Below are positions 60,501 through 64,000 of a DNA stretch of 64,000 nucleotides, piece by piece (within the stretch, counting starts at the first letter, position 1; each line of letters starts with the position of its first letter). The notes under the pieces were generated by a model. It did no database searches. It was not told the origin of the DNA and saw only the letters and a list, made by a program, of their open reading frames with translations. The stretch lies in NCBI GenBank assembly GCA_043803685.1, contig JAZDJU010000123.1:14673-78672 (forward strand), in the 5' to 3' direction. The position numbers were made by a program, and so were the translations under genes. The DNA comes from Candidatus Omnitrophota bacterium (lineage in GTDB: Bacteria > Omnitrophota > Omnitrophia > Omnitrophales > Aquincolibacteriaceae).

Positions 60501-60847
60501 CCCATCTCCGACGGAATGGCAAACGTGTCGATCGAAAAAACAACCGGCGCTCTAACCTCGGCGGGCGCGGCGGCGGCAGGCGTAGTCCAGGAAACGCTCG
60601 TCACTGTGAATACGAACGCCATCCCAATACTTATCAATTTCCTCGAAACGGTCCCAATACAAATCGATCGAAGCGTAGCTGAGATTGGGGCCGCCCAAAC
60701 TACCATTTTGGAAAAGAAATGAAAAGTTTGGGCGGAAATTGGGGTGGTCCAAATTACCTTTTTGGAAAAAAAAGAAAAAATTTGGGCCACGGCAAGCGCC
60801 GTGAGCTTTATGCCCCGCCCGTGAGTTTCTTCACTTTTTACATTCAT
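39524..60847 (-). CDS. Giant (7107 aa) modular protein with RSE[VMA]R-delimited enzyme modules
   Basis: Uninterrupted 21.3-kb ORF. Contains an N-terminal hydrophobic signal, a QDAH/ALEG/ERD/GGFH domain, HEAT repeats, SLT-like domains, GGDEF-like domains, 39-aa repeats, an M23 peptidase and seven GNAT-like repeats. Exact start uncertain. Confidence 0.93.
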   Translation of the reverse strand: MNVKSEETHGRGIKLTALAVAQIFSFFSKKVIWTTPISAQTFHFFSKMVVWAAPISATLRSICIGTVSRKLISIGMAFVFTVTSVSWTTPAAAAPAEVRAPVVFSIDTFAIPSEMGTITETSFPLKDHRQQTTDQRLESQNTSQQNDGEKSLQSSVSSLQSSAGPDRLVILIQDAHAVIDAQQNIAKILGHLRTNYDVRLTALEGAKGRLEPVLLRTFPEPSVKRKILAGYEKKAELTGPEMAAVLEEKAGEYRGMEDWGLYEKNYFAYLRAQEKKPSLLARWNTFKQTLDGERAKVYAPALNEFEEIRENFLVERASLLDLLIYLSKFKDLLKTTPKYQELPKLLESIGYEGSGKSGALASLVRKIADEFKAKYLRGLGVKTEMNFYNRYQAFMTGQITPGQMLQYLVQLGDESGKAVKLSPALKRMLGHAELLSEIKGSRLGDELQGFLSQVESSLIKTPAEREIAEKYRKLFLLKEMISLELIHEDFASYQKEPDSYLGLIADPEFKRDLASALEFYKVALERDQAFFKNIMLLINKEPSRTPNSGPRTVAVVAGGFHTQGLERLLKEKGVAYAVVAPKIASLAGQENYAKVMKGDVSFKEGLKTTYFDALMRDAARKMVEALPIQDRVMTLKVWRDNVVREFAAQGRIADVGKYLPYIDEVLQKMGSDPLNAAGGLTPLRTKEEILDVVRKELEKFKKDSFERIWKTFEFQLDIFTDGLKQLISRKDLNAQSVSSLLDRASQSKPSFVALIQSLDPNIRVMTPPVLPGMESPAAVTAPPTAVPVVAPVAPTAEMSSPIQRSEVRDEEPVLEVPTKKDPAAFPASAGNLAGMSADTHPAMEMNRRTFLGLTLASIVGGTLMGVFAPARAVLAQTGGSLGPNEFELDRLEGLSRKEAEVYFESLNKRLREKSVSGTEVQVFLQKVFRESHFVWTRAQAVKILIRHGWVNFEEAKALAASVPDEVILRAIYDAIAENPTEAILLYLREIIKTEWNLNYSTMEAFSKALENAKVIPPSIVEEVMTGARDERNFAYQNIPHSIVAPAIGILARKNPAAHDLLLEMCRKITNPNFMYELPSALAKAGTAQAERVLIQWTQEKRGAALLLPIRALGGFVSPTAEARLLTMSYDEKLTPDMKKALIDGLVQQRTAKAVARLIEWSHSESSPEVLGEFARMLGKTKTPEAEIRLMELSRDPRPDVRKLAAYGLADLGSHKAEERLLEWSRDPYETSTVMHFVVQGLRNLGTGSARDRLMEWHDSAKKAGDTDLILYDIIPALAEHPSLDTLAWFSSRVEQESPSIERPSIARTITENFFKMSGYRFFEIASQRLGASSGDSVAKWENVLRSGVYEIDSFILRVLNLEVERDLNRGEAYLAKYASRLRSSPEALYPILALSQEVTSHSFPLLQAAFRNDLIRKYGAADVFRFSRERFGRSFLANYLFVLTIFGKLEGELNGLAYSPAQLADQVFLQENVQAFLKKPALFAKVVTAVSDFKNADFKNAFFRQVEQYLKDSKQLKLLVRLMVDYGLLKGLDPRIADVVRDVVLPPLNPVWRGPQRDWLGPDGSLRVGLYWSTSKDGEAAHYQQFPGIFMDGKKVNSFYMNFSGYEDLSGTGEYPATLKKLGARGVLVKKFPATGRRVEIYLFSDLENIKKSPFPITISRGHAGEKGNTDYPGVVGGMRLVSHCRSIDNVDTLIMANPQNAPMAITGTGQAAETNPVLYYLLEYLGSESAWGSWKDVKDFIRPHMPRSIEKYGFPQDDMSFIYAAALQMIKSEAAPEVGAAQRPMTRSEVRLPDDVSRAKAFGGWIKAVVKGIVANGPFDSSRRIFLKRAAIFAGCAAVSGSIGMAFVAKRVEDQFQYNMKDILGVDGEMAMAYGLYGFNPQRDSELIRKLEKTIREARKKIEEIEESYGLEKNDQKESQLAAVREELLNMVKGLDMSGNTRYEEKELYSIYPIIYQALRIVLSMTESGEEEDAKKVKGQVSGIIDGIMGKNVQLSEAETLLARKYFPDIDIPRLNKWEFYHRCQKIYSPRPEVKEEMEKANNEIENQYVVYRRFREVFYSLGDFERMLEDVRQAKTGKFDGKFRPMMDEIRKLSPEILGSVVKSAKAHGIPKELLVYSLILASAFERKYTLREAMSIAGKRADWLPKWQLSGWAGRQRFPAKIAAFFGMALGLNSTSGPFRMRDAWIRRATGWKNAGNMSDAEVAWRLTDPGYAVEAAAAFWEHMIQFVEDQRRKALNGERLVKPDSIDREGETWGSALKTESAKYLPTVSEMHGFERAFLAALYFHNTEWFVGHGLGVTDGRVEQDVNTQQAFTKFLNPLKVIEAIIQSGVFRSEQLNDPDPFGRDVAKESLSLYQTPQALRPETRIEESVAVAETAGRSEVRMGAKVRALIAAGMLLVSASLVSIDAANAGAMGAATKGSVKIEMMASLPKDVRTFLLKVLDRGAVLEKAEKREAQLDREGKEVTMKRVSADLSRIIDKVYAELPENERKAMHNLAMYIMQIESGFENVVQRTKSGKVIVGLGFGQVEVETFKETLFHYLKYDFKKDHFLNNIHEAEKAFVDRCLRDSVNITLDQLISVSQKADPEMLRLALARLMLDNDISLMMVLIKMDRLRIDLESGRRKSAEGETKFSQFRDSPFNFYKLYRGSKHETPVRRLLLAERDVEELRKPVVSESGRGEEGKSPAEVASSPQVEPAPATEKVVLKAQKKVVVKGKIPQQEAATAPAKVEASDPSTKTGFSVMWLFFVGPLIAGAIVLRTELSTKRRRASAETNFVSRAIRSLSEAIGFSRKGYTGLENQRVSPVKKGDPKRRSEVRDDSGKESAARRSEMRSEEASSVSEIKLDQLGTQFASQTDFINDLKMCPVSELSKLHSIVGDIDKGGALNLVSGKPLVGVIGEAKSLDLRFPPKGSPFLEFWKEWFRERGEHEGKTILEKYALKIYRGAGGDEITFLARKGFDPRNLDSVVHELTQAFRDRYLVVRINRYLEPHQVDYLKNEDQMLAAMNFGHGVNILVDRRRLGGQRVPEFLKHLGWRLGLEGNEYGIVEFETTARGFFSISIGSVSADNALEYLIAMMSEKLGAEAGRSYWIEKRKVRDSQGISQEKEFIRHDRVELFAFWASRLANDALSFAKDTGRNRAVVLPSLAISQNRNTYVKQPVTAEKIEKKFQKILARRNSPKIESWGDQDPLTEVLNETAGRTALTAGRSGMPPEKEIEVIEEVSVPSYGEDEGGRRPRTRAFHRLKSLVGDSGGDQVIKSLGKLTREAFGIKPTESTREAWEQGIIPFREAPDKIWIAFTKEALANRGPPVSTTELDVMALALKDTLAGRGVTYQTPPMIMLTRIENEKLKLLNGETDSPFDSLLNAQDVMSFLEYEWFRDAIKAVNVKKKAELEEIVDVDWGTHSVVVTFNPEKAKMLLKRYRESQEKTALATLKEELNGTFVTYSEMLRSEVQDGSETEEAARRSEMRQMGHDQPNLGIWRQWVRVALVTLCLSGAWNLYDSVTSLAMSATTEQSDSLIVSSGQRPEQVKESLTRKRVSSRMIVEQAKEIEKELGELGPEKIKEVVSEELVRMIRDVRDDLSAKDQDALHNILMHLFMIESEFRSMIQRNSKGKPAFVGGLGFGQVNYRTMANFLLNYLTREVQPGDPDHATLQKELAFVAGCFGFSSSEELMELLPDLKAFYKKPQNKPTLQRNLVYLLMRSGHSSKAFSLFQFVAMVKLLQGVPPNKTLSDFVYDPDKDAKNTNNKDLSTLYASHYIGVPKYTGKALGNLEETYKAISTSWRDSSEDMAIVDENEGEGIIEEEIVAEVASEDVSEPKPAEIVPASSWMTLGGVVLALGLFLVGVRIGVWKSLFGKAAVPPRGKEPRPPEVGSSPDSSTRSEDQRSEMRADGDSLPDVEDGKQLVALFPDAVRTEAKQLIMKREQVMTLIERLLTDDNKAGQAGQVMLEAIKSGLMKKNSASIAKVDELFRVLVAEPRSYFSGDFVTGIVKAGFIETNPVSIAKVNEWVQALMRVRLEEWAGQLVLAATEAGLMEKSAAITWLDKHFYVLIKSARRYSAGELMIAFLRSGLVEKNAASIAKVDEWFYALKEARWVDFAGLLVIAAVKSGLMEESVAITRLNECLQLLKDAQRWDVAGLLLLEAVKSGLMEESKASLAELDQWFQMHITMGRADLAGHLAIEAVKSGVMGRGVASIGKVDEWFKVLMEKGLGKLSGELVVEAVKSGLLEKNVASIAKVDEWFQTLKKNGLEYWAGPLVVEAVRFGLMEKGEASIARVDECFQATLKKNGFESQASELVIAAVSSGLMEKDAASVLMANKWFQTLRENGLEDAAGKLLVAESSGLLSFVKQSMPEGDLEDALQRSRQWVRKYHLTYAIDNRALGEILFGQDKPWLDALDQGRDSLGVVLAERNSELSLNRRLVEGEISRMLSMTVAVEVLVPGAMKNLEGLIRSQKIFSANMLRKWITDKQGVLENPRLAKALLNYQERLKDRSGQKYSPDVTGLLELMNVASIFGAMGRERALEEELQFAGMKALPPTPLAKNLKRQLVLFLAQDLGIEISGNGLPEQVHALLDWNRAHLLVKGLKTIESGEQGAEERGGLMRATLTSFFGGRFMDFIENTDQTDAIGRPLALHNKRVRDLGKQNGDDMDAWLGKNSKVEPRELLYSGQGQDRAWSPDADVDQVLEDAGKTYAAANNASAGWVGILGKAGLKVAEKEGKVEFQVSQEGPKKNDAVKILTNVKLLGADENPGTLLSAVRNMIQKLQGPQDRKALEAATHFYEKLVTLKLRLLDRENQKILAMRTYFQFRLYGRQPGQDLFIGDKVTCCLGMGSGQFPHAMVERLVDEGMSVMEVVDDKTGETMAAAWLYLDEDGSLVIQNLEIHAAYERSQALMFWIGEQTINYAGYVQQKISAKDLYLGIPGHGKYVSNDDFIEQVVIGKLGGRKVPFAKKKLGGTWGEEPYYLDSADKAEAYLIPSRSVTSEVAMGASRSEVRGGGEIVSRGESFDVVFERASKDSLGEPLQDPRIWSISEKDEAQAEKLSKMSLAELGDEIKGLFLFEIPGLGRVVPINDLALLNLTGKQFFQGFVDHLNGELSHYIGYARPSGWYLKSLQSLPDWPAIQLELNSFSLALREVALRWSEKKSAEGRPVPSAKPSPKKAGVRIEIPEGVPAIAEHALVGEVFNANQLGLDAGLLAKRLYELSSRCYIQEGQKVPSVLEWLDILEDPESVFILRDLSGEIVGAAVRGSKFTLKGEEGVWLDRLMSVNDNVQGKGTFLLDVFLSQMSRLGVTIFRWNVSRFSENFYLNEEKGYLKPRQDAGMLERLKHDPSRSVTPEADVEIKLLADPLAPEFDDLRKFVGSKRSEVRYEIPEGVKAIAPDIGVGEVVDARDVLKADPTQLEPLAKFLDAFEVKHFSWEKTEDGVREWKETLGDSLQHVQLLVRAGDVVGVALSISPLPHVGGAQLVQIISVEDGMKGKGTYLLDVFLSEMFKRDLKKIEWHSLSDAKDFYDHFLNARSSKGILQFKLDGDSYKITLLKNPLDPEFDDLRKFVGTKRSEARFEIPEGFRVIVPDIGVGEVLDVKDFHGGDPGQEEIETLAKGLYEMEWELLRSLAQTWQTDIAFWKSKLGDPEQYIYVLRDRSGNLVGAVSGHFRPLEGNTIGLDRLMSFDDGVRGRGTLLLDAFLDRMYGGLETEFEWTASSGSEAFYDKFLADREARGILTFEKDGFKYKVRLFKSPLASEFDDLRDFVGYKRSEMRNFQPLRQNDVDPLGVEREAYLRHVRMGSLPDSLKPLSHSFEWPVDMSVATRHIANFFGTTNWPTTDRDEKHDGIDLQAEPGTSVYPVEDGFVVYVQRFDGRGDSAAASFADVWVYSPASDLLWQYVHLQRDSIPEHILKHTWFDSKSDLGVKKGERLGRVNAWHKKEAVRREYPLSPKVEKQYGRTYDHLHLEVHKVNGELYTGFGVRDLQAIDPLLLLRPLYPLPEFPRMVTTGRRPVRYVEGRSEVRLQLPKGVRVVAKAEGFGEVVNARDWLALAPDQLKPLEKELQDSRKDFFFFVNDHGDISAVAEVDLEGGKKASLGRLASLDDGIRGKGRMVLGAFFSEMFKKGIMGILWRDTSDGNFYESVLKPLQENGILTYTGTAGSVYNVTLLKDPLAPEFAPLYALRRHDTKFDLPSNVPVVAEYPLGKIVDAREWLKLAPDQLKPLASRLYYLDRPSFVLGKWEMDTGFWEAMLEDPDQAMWVFVDKNGEISGAAVPRGPVLKGKKEMWLDSLLSLDNGTLAPFMELFLNLMSKEGVERIGWYSSDDRELDILNARQEKGLLTFKHEGRSYEVNLLKNPLGESGGTQRSEARFEIPKEAVIAEYPGLGKTVDAKRFDPSKFEQLARRIREVETESYISKMDVEEFERSVRELEASLRDPSHYVYVLFDPSEDIAGVVRGYLEGETVRLARLMSSPDKVRGRGSFLLDTFLSEMSKKQKMLISWNFTGLSEGFYTDEEKGFLNPRQEMEVLKIISSARKGLEDPRPDIEIKLLANPLDSKFVGLRKFWGAQRSEAGLGPVAVGIPQSPATSTPERAEARSEAIISEHEILGTVVNARKSLEENPDQLKSLAARLFNLELSRGFSDDSNAEGRSRWEKTLQDQNTLVYVLMKPKPLGAIGGVVVANIALAKVTLLISARDKIRGNGTITFDAALSDMFMKDMKQISLSFPADARRFYVEFLEPRVEAGMLTVKPSIHELKNNPNIHKFAIDILDDPLDPKFEHLRDFFGSRRSEVRIDQNPLEVLTGTPAVQITQMTQDSNPDAVQALLLRQGQAGIDSEKTKFGDQETALMAQLQGYKDVAALTEFVSTGLTQLLVKLFEPYGMTDAIAAEISMKALIGGAEASPALMKSGDVRRSEVRKIDIKKTQGFTSFIDDLISKMPGSGVSMIVEQGPDSNLELDALRKMEKIPRLVVLYDKNNPVGRGWDDVSNVVMKIRISERKPANVLVRDVVKASESEPFMAFFTRELGVEPHGILSILADFKSKDNPELKKLVCAAVALINRIYAAASPMDQELMKVDPSMLISKLKEKGIDLLALSAKNGVLTMDMEMLTQEFAASRAVEKAA
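47790..49020 (-). repeat. About ten tandem 39-aa (about 117 bp) coding repeats in the giant protein
   Basis: Consensus AGxLVxEAVKSGLMEKxxASIAKVDEWFxxL; DNA core tccatcaatccggac recurs with about 117-bp period. Confidence 0.9.
58803..58841. repeat. REP-like palindrome pair GGGGTCAGACCCC / GGGGTCTGACCCC inside the giant gene
   Basis: Two inverted 13-mers at 58803-58815 and 58829-58841; read in frame as MGSDPLNAAGGLTP. Confidence 0.8.
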
Positions 60848-61249
60848 AACTTATGTGCCTTTTTTTACTTCTGGCATTCGAATCATAATCTCTCCCCAAA
60901 AGGCTCTAACCCCTTACTTCAATGCGAATTCCAATCAATCCTATTGGACTGTTTCCCTATTGAAAATATGCCTAACAATCATAGTTATTACAAGGTCTTA
61001 AAAGCTTTTATTTGCTCAATATTGGCTATATTTTACTATATTTAGCTATATTTGCTATTCAATGCTATTTTCAAAGGAAAGCCAGATCCCTATTGGGAAA
61101 TATTGCGCGGTATCAGAAAATCTCGATGAATCGCTGGAAGATACGCTTCGGGGAGTGAAAACTCGAAAGCAGTACAGTTTTCTATTTGATTTTAGGAGTT
61201 AACAGTACTGCGCCGCATACCCCTAATTTCAAATATGATGCGGCACTAG

Positions 61250-61345
61250 TTATTTCTTACGCAGAACAATCACGAACGAGGTGATCATAAGACCCAGAAT
61301 AAACACCCAGCTGAGCACGAGAAAGATCCAGCCGCCTAGTTTCAC
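61250..61345 (-). CDS. Small single-TM partner subunit of the NSS transporter (MetS-like), 31 aa
   Basis: Manual translation MKLGGWIFLVLSWVFILGLMITSFVIVLRKK*; its GTG overlaps the transporter stop (GTGA). Confidence 0.75.
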   Translation of the reverse strand: MKLGGWIFLVLSWVFILGLMITSFVIVLRKK

Positions 61346-62916
61346 TTGGGGATCCTTTGCTGGATGATATGTTTTTTCTGCCAGGCGATACGCACCAGAA
61401 GGATCATCCCGATGCCGATCCCGGCCAGCATAAACCGCGCGAACCAGATATAAGGGTAATCAACGGCGGGAACCCCTTTCATGGTGAGCACTCCCCAACC
61501 GTCTTGAATGAACCAAAACACCAAAAGGACTACGAGGTATGAGAGTGTCACGTATTTCATGACCGGGAGAACGAACTTCGGCAGGCGGATATCCGCGCCT
61601 GAATGGATCTCCTTCCAGGCGTTCTTCCCGCCAAAGACCCAGATGAACAGAATGACCTCAATGATCGCGAAGACCACCAGACCGAACGTCCCGATCCAGA
61701 AATCGATCTCATTCAGAAAACCATGCTTCAGAAAAAAGATCACTGGTAGTGTAAAAAAGAACGTGAGCGTCCCCACGATCCAGGCCGCGGTTTTCCGCGT
61801 CATTTTGAATTCCTCCTGCAAGAACGCCATGATCGGCTGGGCCATCGCCACCGAAGATGTAACTCCCGCCAGGAAAAGAAGAAAGAACCAGATCGTTCCA
61901 AAAAGACTCCCGAAGGCCATCTTTTGAAAAATAACCGGCATCGCGAAAAAACCAAGATCGAACGCCCCGCCCGCCGCGATCGTTTGCGTTTGCGCCAGAC
62001 CAAAGAAAGCCACCATTACCGGGATCGCGATCGACCCTCCGAGGATCACCTCGCAAAATCCATTGGTCGCGCTTGTGGCAAGCCCCGAAAGCACCACATC
62101 ATCCTTGGGTTTCAGATAACTCGCGTAGGTCTGGATCGCTCCAAATCCAACGCTCAGCGTAAAAAAGATCTGCCCCGTCGCCGCGAGCCAAACCTTGCTT
62201 TGTTTGAGCATACTGAAATCGGGGTTCCAGATAAAACCGAAACCATTGGCGATATTATTGGCCGGAACCGCGGGATCAGGTGTACCGAGGAACAGCACCC
62301 GGATGACCAAAATGATCCCGAACACAAAAATGAGCGGCATCGCGATCTTGGCAAGGCGCTCGATCCCCCTTGAAACCCCGTGAGAGACGATCCACATCAT
62401 GCAGAAATGAGTGATACAGAAAAATAGGATCGCCGTCGCGATGTTCGGAAAATAGCCGTTCGAGACCTTCCCCTGGTAAGCCGCCAAAAAATCGGACATC
62501 CCCTGAAAATTCAGAATACCGCTGTATTTTCCGGTGAAGGAGAACACGCTGTAGGCAAGTGTCCAGGACACAATGTAGTTGTAGTAGATCACAAGCGCAA
62601 AGGGGACCATGAGACCGATCGCGCCGATATATTTCGCGAGGGGGTGCTTCCACAGATAGTGAAACATCCCCGGCGTGGTGCCATGCCCGTATTTGCCGCC
62701 AAACCGTCCGATCCCCCATTCGATCCACATAAGCGGGATTCCCAGCAGGATGAACGCGACAAAATATGGGATCATGAACGCGCCACCGCCATTATTGGCG
62801 CACTGGACCGGGAATCGAAGGAAATTACCCAGTCCCACGGCATTCGCGGCCATGGCAAGGATGAGCCCCATGCGGGTGCCCCATTGTTCGCGGGGCTTCG
62901 GATTGGATGGATTCAT
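61342..62916 (-). CDS. Sodium-dependent transporter, neurotransmitter:sodium symporter (SNF/LeuT) family
   Basis: REQW.TR.GLILAMAANAVGLGNFLRFP, GGGAFMIPY, GQIFFTLSVGFG, YASY, AGVTSS. Confidence 0.95.
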   Translation of the reverse strand: MNPSNPKPREQWGTRMGLILAMAANAVGLGNFLRFPVQCANNGGGAFMIPYFVAFILLGIPLMWIEWGIGRFGGKYGHGTTPGMFHYLWKHPLAKYIGAIGLMVPFALVIYYNYIVSWTLAYSVFSFTGKYSGILNFQGMSDFLAAYQGKVSNGYFPNIATAILFFCITHFCMMWIVSHGVSRGIERLAKIAMPLIFVFGIILVIRVLFLGTPDPAVPANNIANGFGFIWNPDFSMLKQSKVWLAATGQIFFTLSVGFGAIQTYASYLKPKDDVVLSGLATSATNGFCEVILGGSIAIPVMVAFFGLAQTQTIAAGGAFDLGFFAMPVIFQKMAFGSLFGTIWFFLLFLAGVTSSVAMAQPIMAFLQEEFKMTRKTAAWIVGTLTFFFTLPVIFFLKHGFLNEIDFWIGTFGLVVFAIIEVILFIWVFGGKNAWKEIHSGADIRLPKFVLPVMKYVTLSYLVVLLVFWFIQDGWGVLTMKGVPAVDYPYIWFARFMLAGIGIGMILLVRIAWQKKHIIQQRIPK

Positions 62917-62988
62917 GAGGGAAGGTTAACGAAAAACACTATGTGTTTCAATGGAAAAAAGGCGTGCCAAATGCAAAACGGCGGTCAA

Positions 62989-63201
62989 CTACCGAACCTT
63001 CCGGGCCTGGTATTTATTCTTGATGTTGGATTCAAAAAAACGCCCGTAGGAGGGAGCCGTCAGGAATTCCTGATAGACCATTTCAGGGACATTCTCGTAC
63101 TGGTAGATCGCGCCGACAATGAACTCCACCTGAAGCATATTGCGTTTATGTTCGTATCCGATCCATTCGATCTCGCGCGATAAGACCATATTGTTGATCA
63201 T
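62989..63201 (-). CDS. KTSC domain protein
   Basis: S..I..IGY....LQVEF..G.IYQYENVP..VY.EFL.APSYGRFF..NIK. ATG 63201 after an AAGGGG RBS. Confidence 0.88.
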   Translation of the reverse strand: MINNMVLSREIEWIGYEHKRNMLQVEFIVGAIYQYENVPEMVYQEFLTAPSYGRFFESNIKNKYQARKVR

Positions 63202-63333
63202 GATGTCCCCTTGGTTGATTCTATTAACGGACACCGCTCCAAAATCTTGAATTTTTTCAGAAAATTTCTCAAAAATTTCGCGCCAAGACACACCCCTCTT
63301 CTTGTGGCCATGGCGCTTGAAACAGGGCCGGGC

Positions 63334-63549
63334 TTACGAATTCGGGTGACGCCTGGGATCTTCGAGCAAAACGCGTATTTCTTCATCAAGCGCTCCGAAT
63401 TCTTTGGCGATCGCGATGAAGTCTGCGCAATGTTCGTAGCGCTCCGCGATCAAGGCCTCCCTGAGATAGATCAACGCGGTCAACTTGACCGGGTCCCGGG
63501 TCCTCCTCCTGTACCTTGCGATGCCGTTGGAATTCAATGTCGGGTTCAT
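63334..63549 (-). CDS. Small hypothetical helical protein (71 aa)
   Basis: AAAGGAG RBS before ATG 63549; hairpin gcaacttgcg...cgcaagttgc upstream (63577-63608). Confidence 0.6.
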   Translation of the reverse strand: MNPTLNSNGIARYRRRTRDPVKLTALIYLREALIAERYEHCADFIAIAKEFGALDEEIRVLLEDPRRHPNS

Positions 63550-63622
63550 CTTTGAGTCTCCTTTTTTAATGAGCACGCAACTTGCGAAACATCGTAAACG
63601 CAAGTTGCTGTGCGAATTAAAT

Positions 63623-63705
63623 CCGCACTGAACAACCCATGAAATTTCATAGGAAGTTTAGTGCGGCACTCGCTTTCCATTCATTCCGATGAAGAGCCAG
63701 TGCCG
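63623..63705. repeat. 83-bp double-hairpin dispersed element, copy 2
   Basis: Inverted copy of 30675-30757. Confidence 0.9.
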
Positions 63706-63832
63706 CCAATGCTTTGTGGCGGATCCTTTGCTAAAATCCCGTCTACGCACCATTGCGAAAACGGGTAACGCTCCGCCAAAAAACTCGGCGGATTCGTCCT
63801 ACGCACCCATCAAAAACAGGCCGCGTAGGCGA

Positions 63833-63872
63833 AAAAAAAGCCCATAACCGCTTTTGCGATCATGGGCTTTTG
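63833..63872 (-). terminator. Intrinsic terminator-like hairpin (possibly bidirectional)
   Basis: aaaaaaagcccat...atgggctttt stem flanked by A/T runs. Confidence 0.55.
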
Positions 63873-64000
63873 AATGATTCCGATTTTTACTACTTCCGGC
63901 TTACGCTAGATGATCCCCCTCGAGCGTCCTCAAAAGCCCACAACCGCGAACCGTATGGCGGCACTTCGTGGACAGAAACCACACCTGCGCCATGACGACC

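Noticed and set aside
63753..64000. 80-aa plus-strand ORF or RNA gene at the right edge
   Set aside because: The ORF crosses a terminator-like hairpin and has no motifs; too little sequence to identify what ends here.

Overview
Chromosomal window from an anaerobic bacterium. The gene style and the giant ORF suggest Candidatus Omnitrophota, but this is inference and was not verified. Left to right: tandemly duplicated ArnT/PMT-type (GT39) glycosyltransferases (1-2421), a divergent polysaccharide deacetylase and miaB. Upstream of miaB lies an accessory region of about 20 kb (5165-26509): a glycan-modification cluster with four radical SAM enzymes, a lysine 2,3-aminomutase homologue among them, plus a flippase, ATP-grasp and adenylate-forming ligases, an aminotransferase and GTs, followed by TPR/SGNH and nuclease-like genes. 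This region is punctuated by decayed copies of the miaB 5' end. Next come a class III ribonucleotide reductase operon whose glycyl-radical domain is a separate 57-aa gene missed by the ORF track, then PFOR and ADP-forming acetate-CoA ligase, an antiporter and a RelE-type toxin-antitoxin pair. The standout is a 7107-aa protein (39524-60847) built from discrete modules: lytic-transglycosylase-like, M23 peptidase, GGDEF-like, seven GNAT-like repeats, HEAT and 39-aa repeats. Fifteen exact copies of the pentapeptide R-S-E-[VMA]-R, encoded by varying synonymous codons, sit almost all at module boundaries, and several modules begin with their own Tat- or Sec-like signal. This looks like a polyprotein processed into separately targeted effectors, with candidate processing proteases encoded inside it (hypothesis). 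An NSS transporter with a small partner subunit and a KTSC protein close the window. Several families of palindromic repeats occur both between genes and in-frame inside genes. No rRNA, tRNA, CRISPR array or transposase was recognised. All calls come from reading the sequence by eye; no database searches were run.
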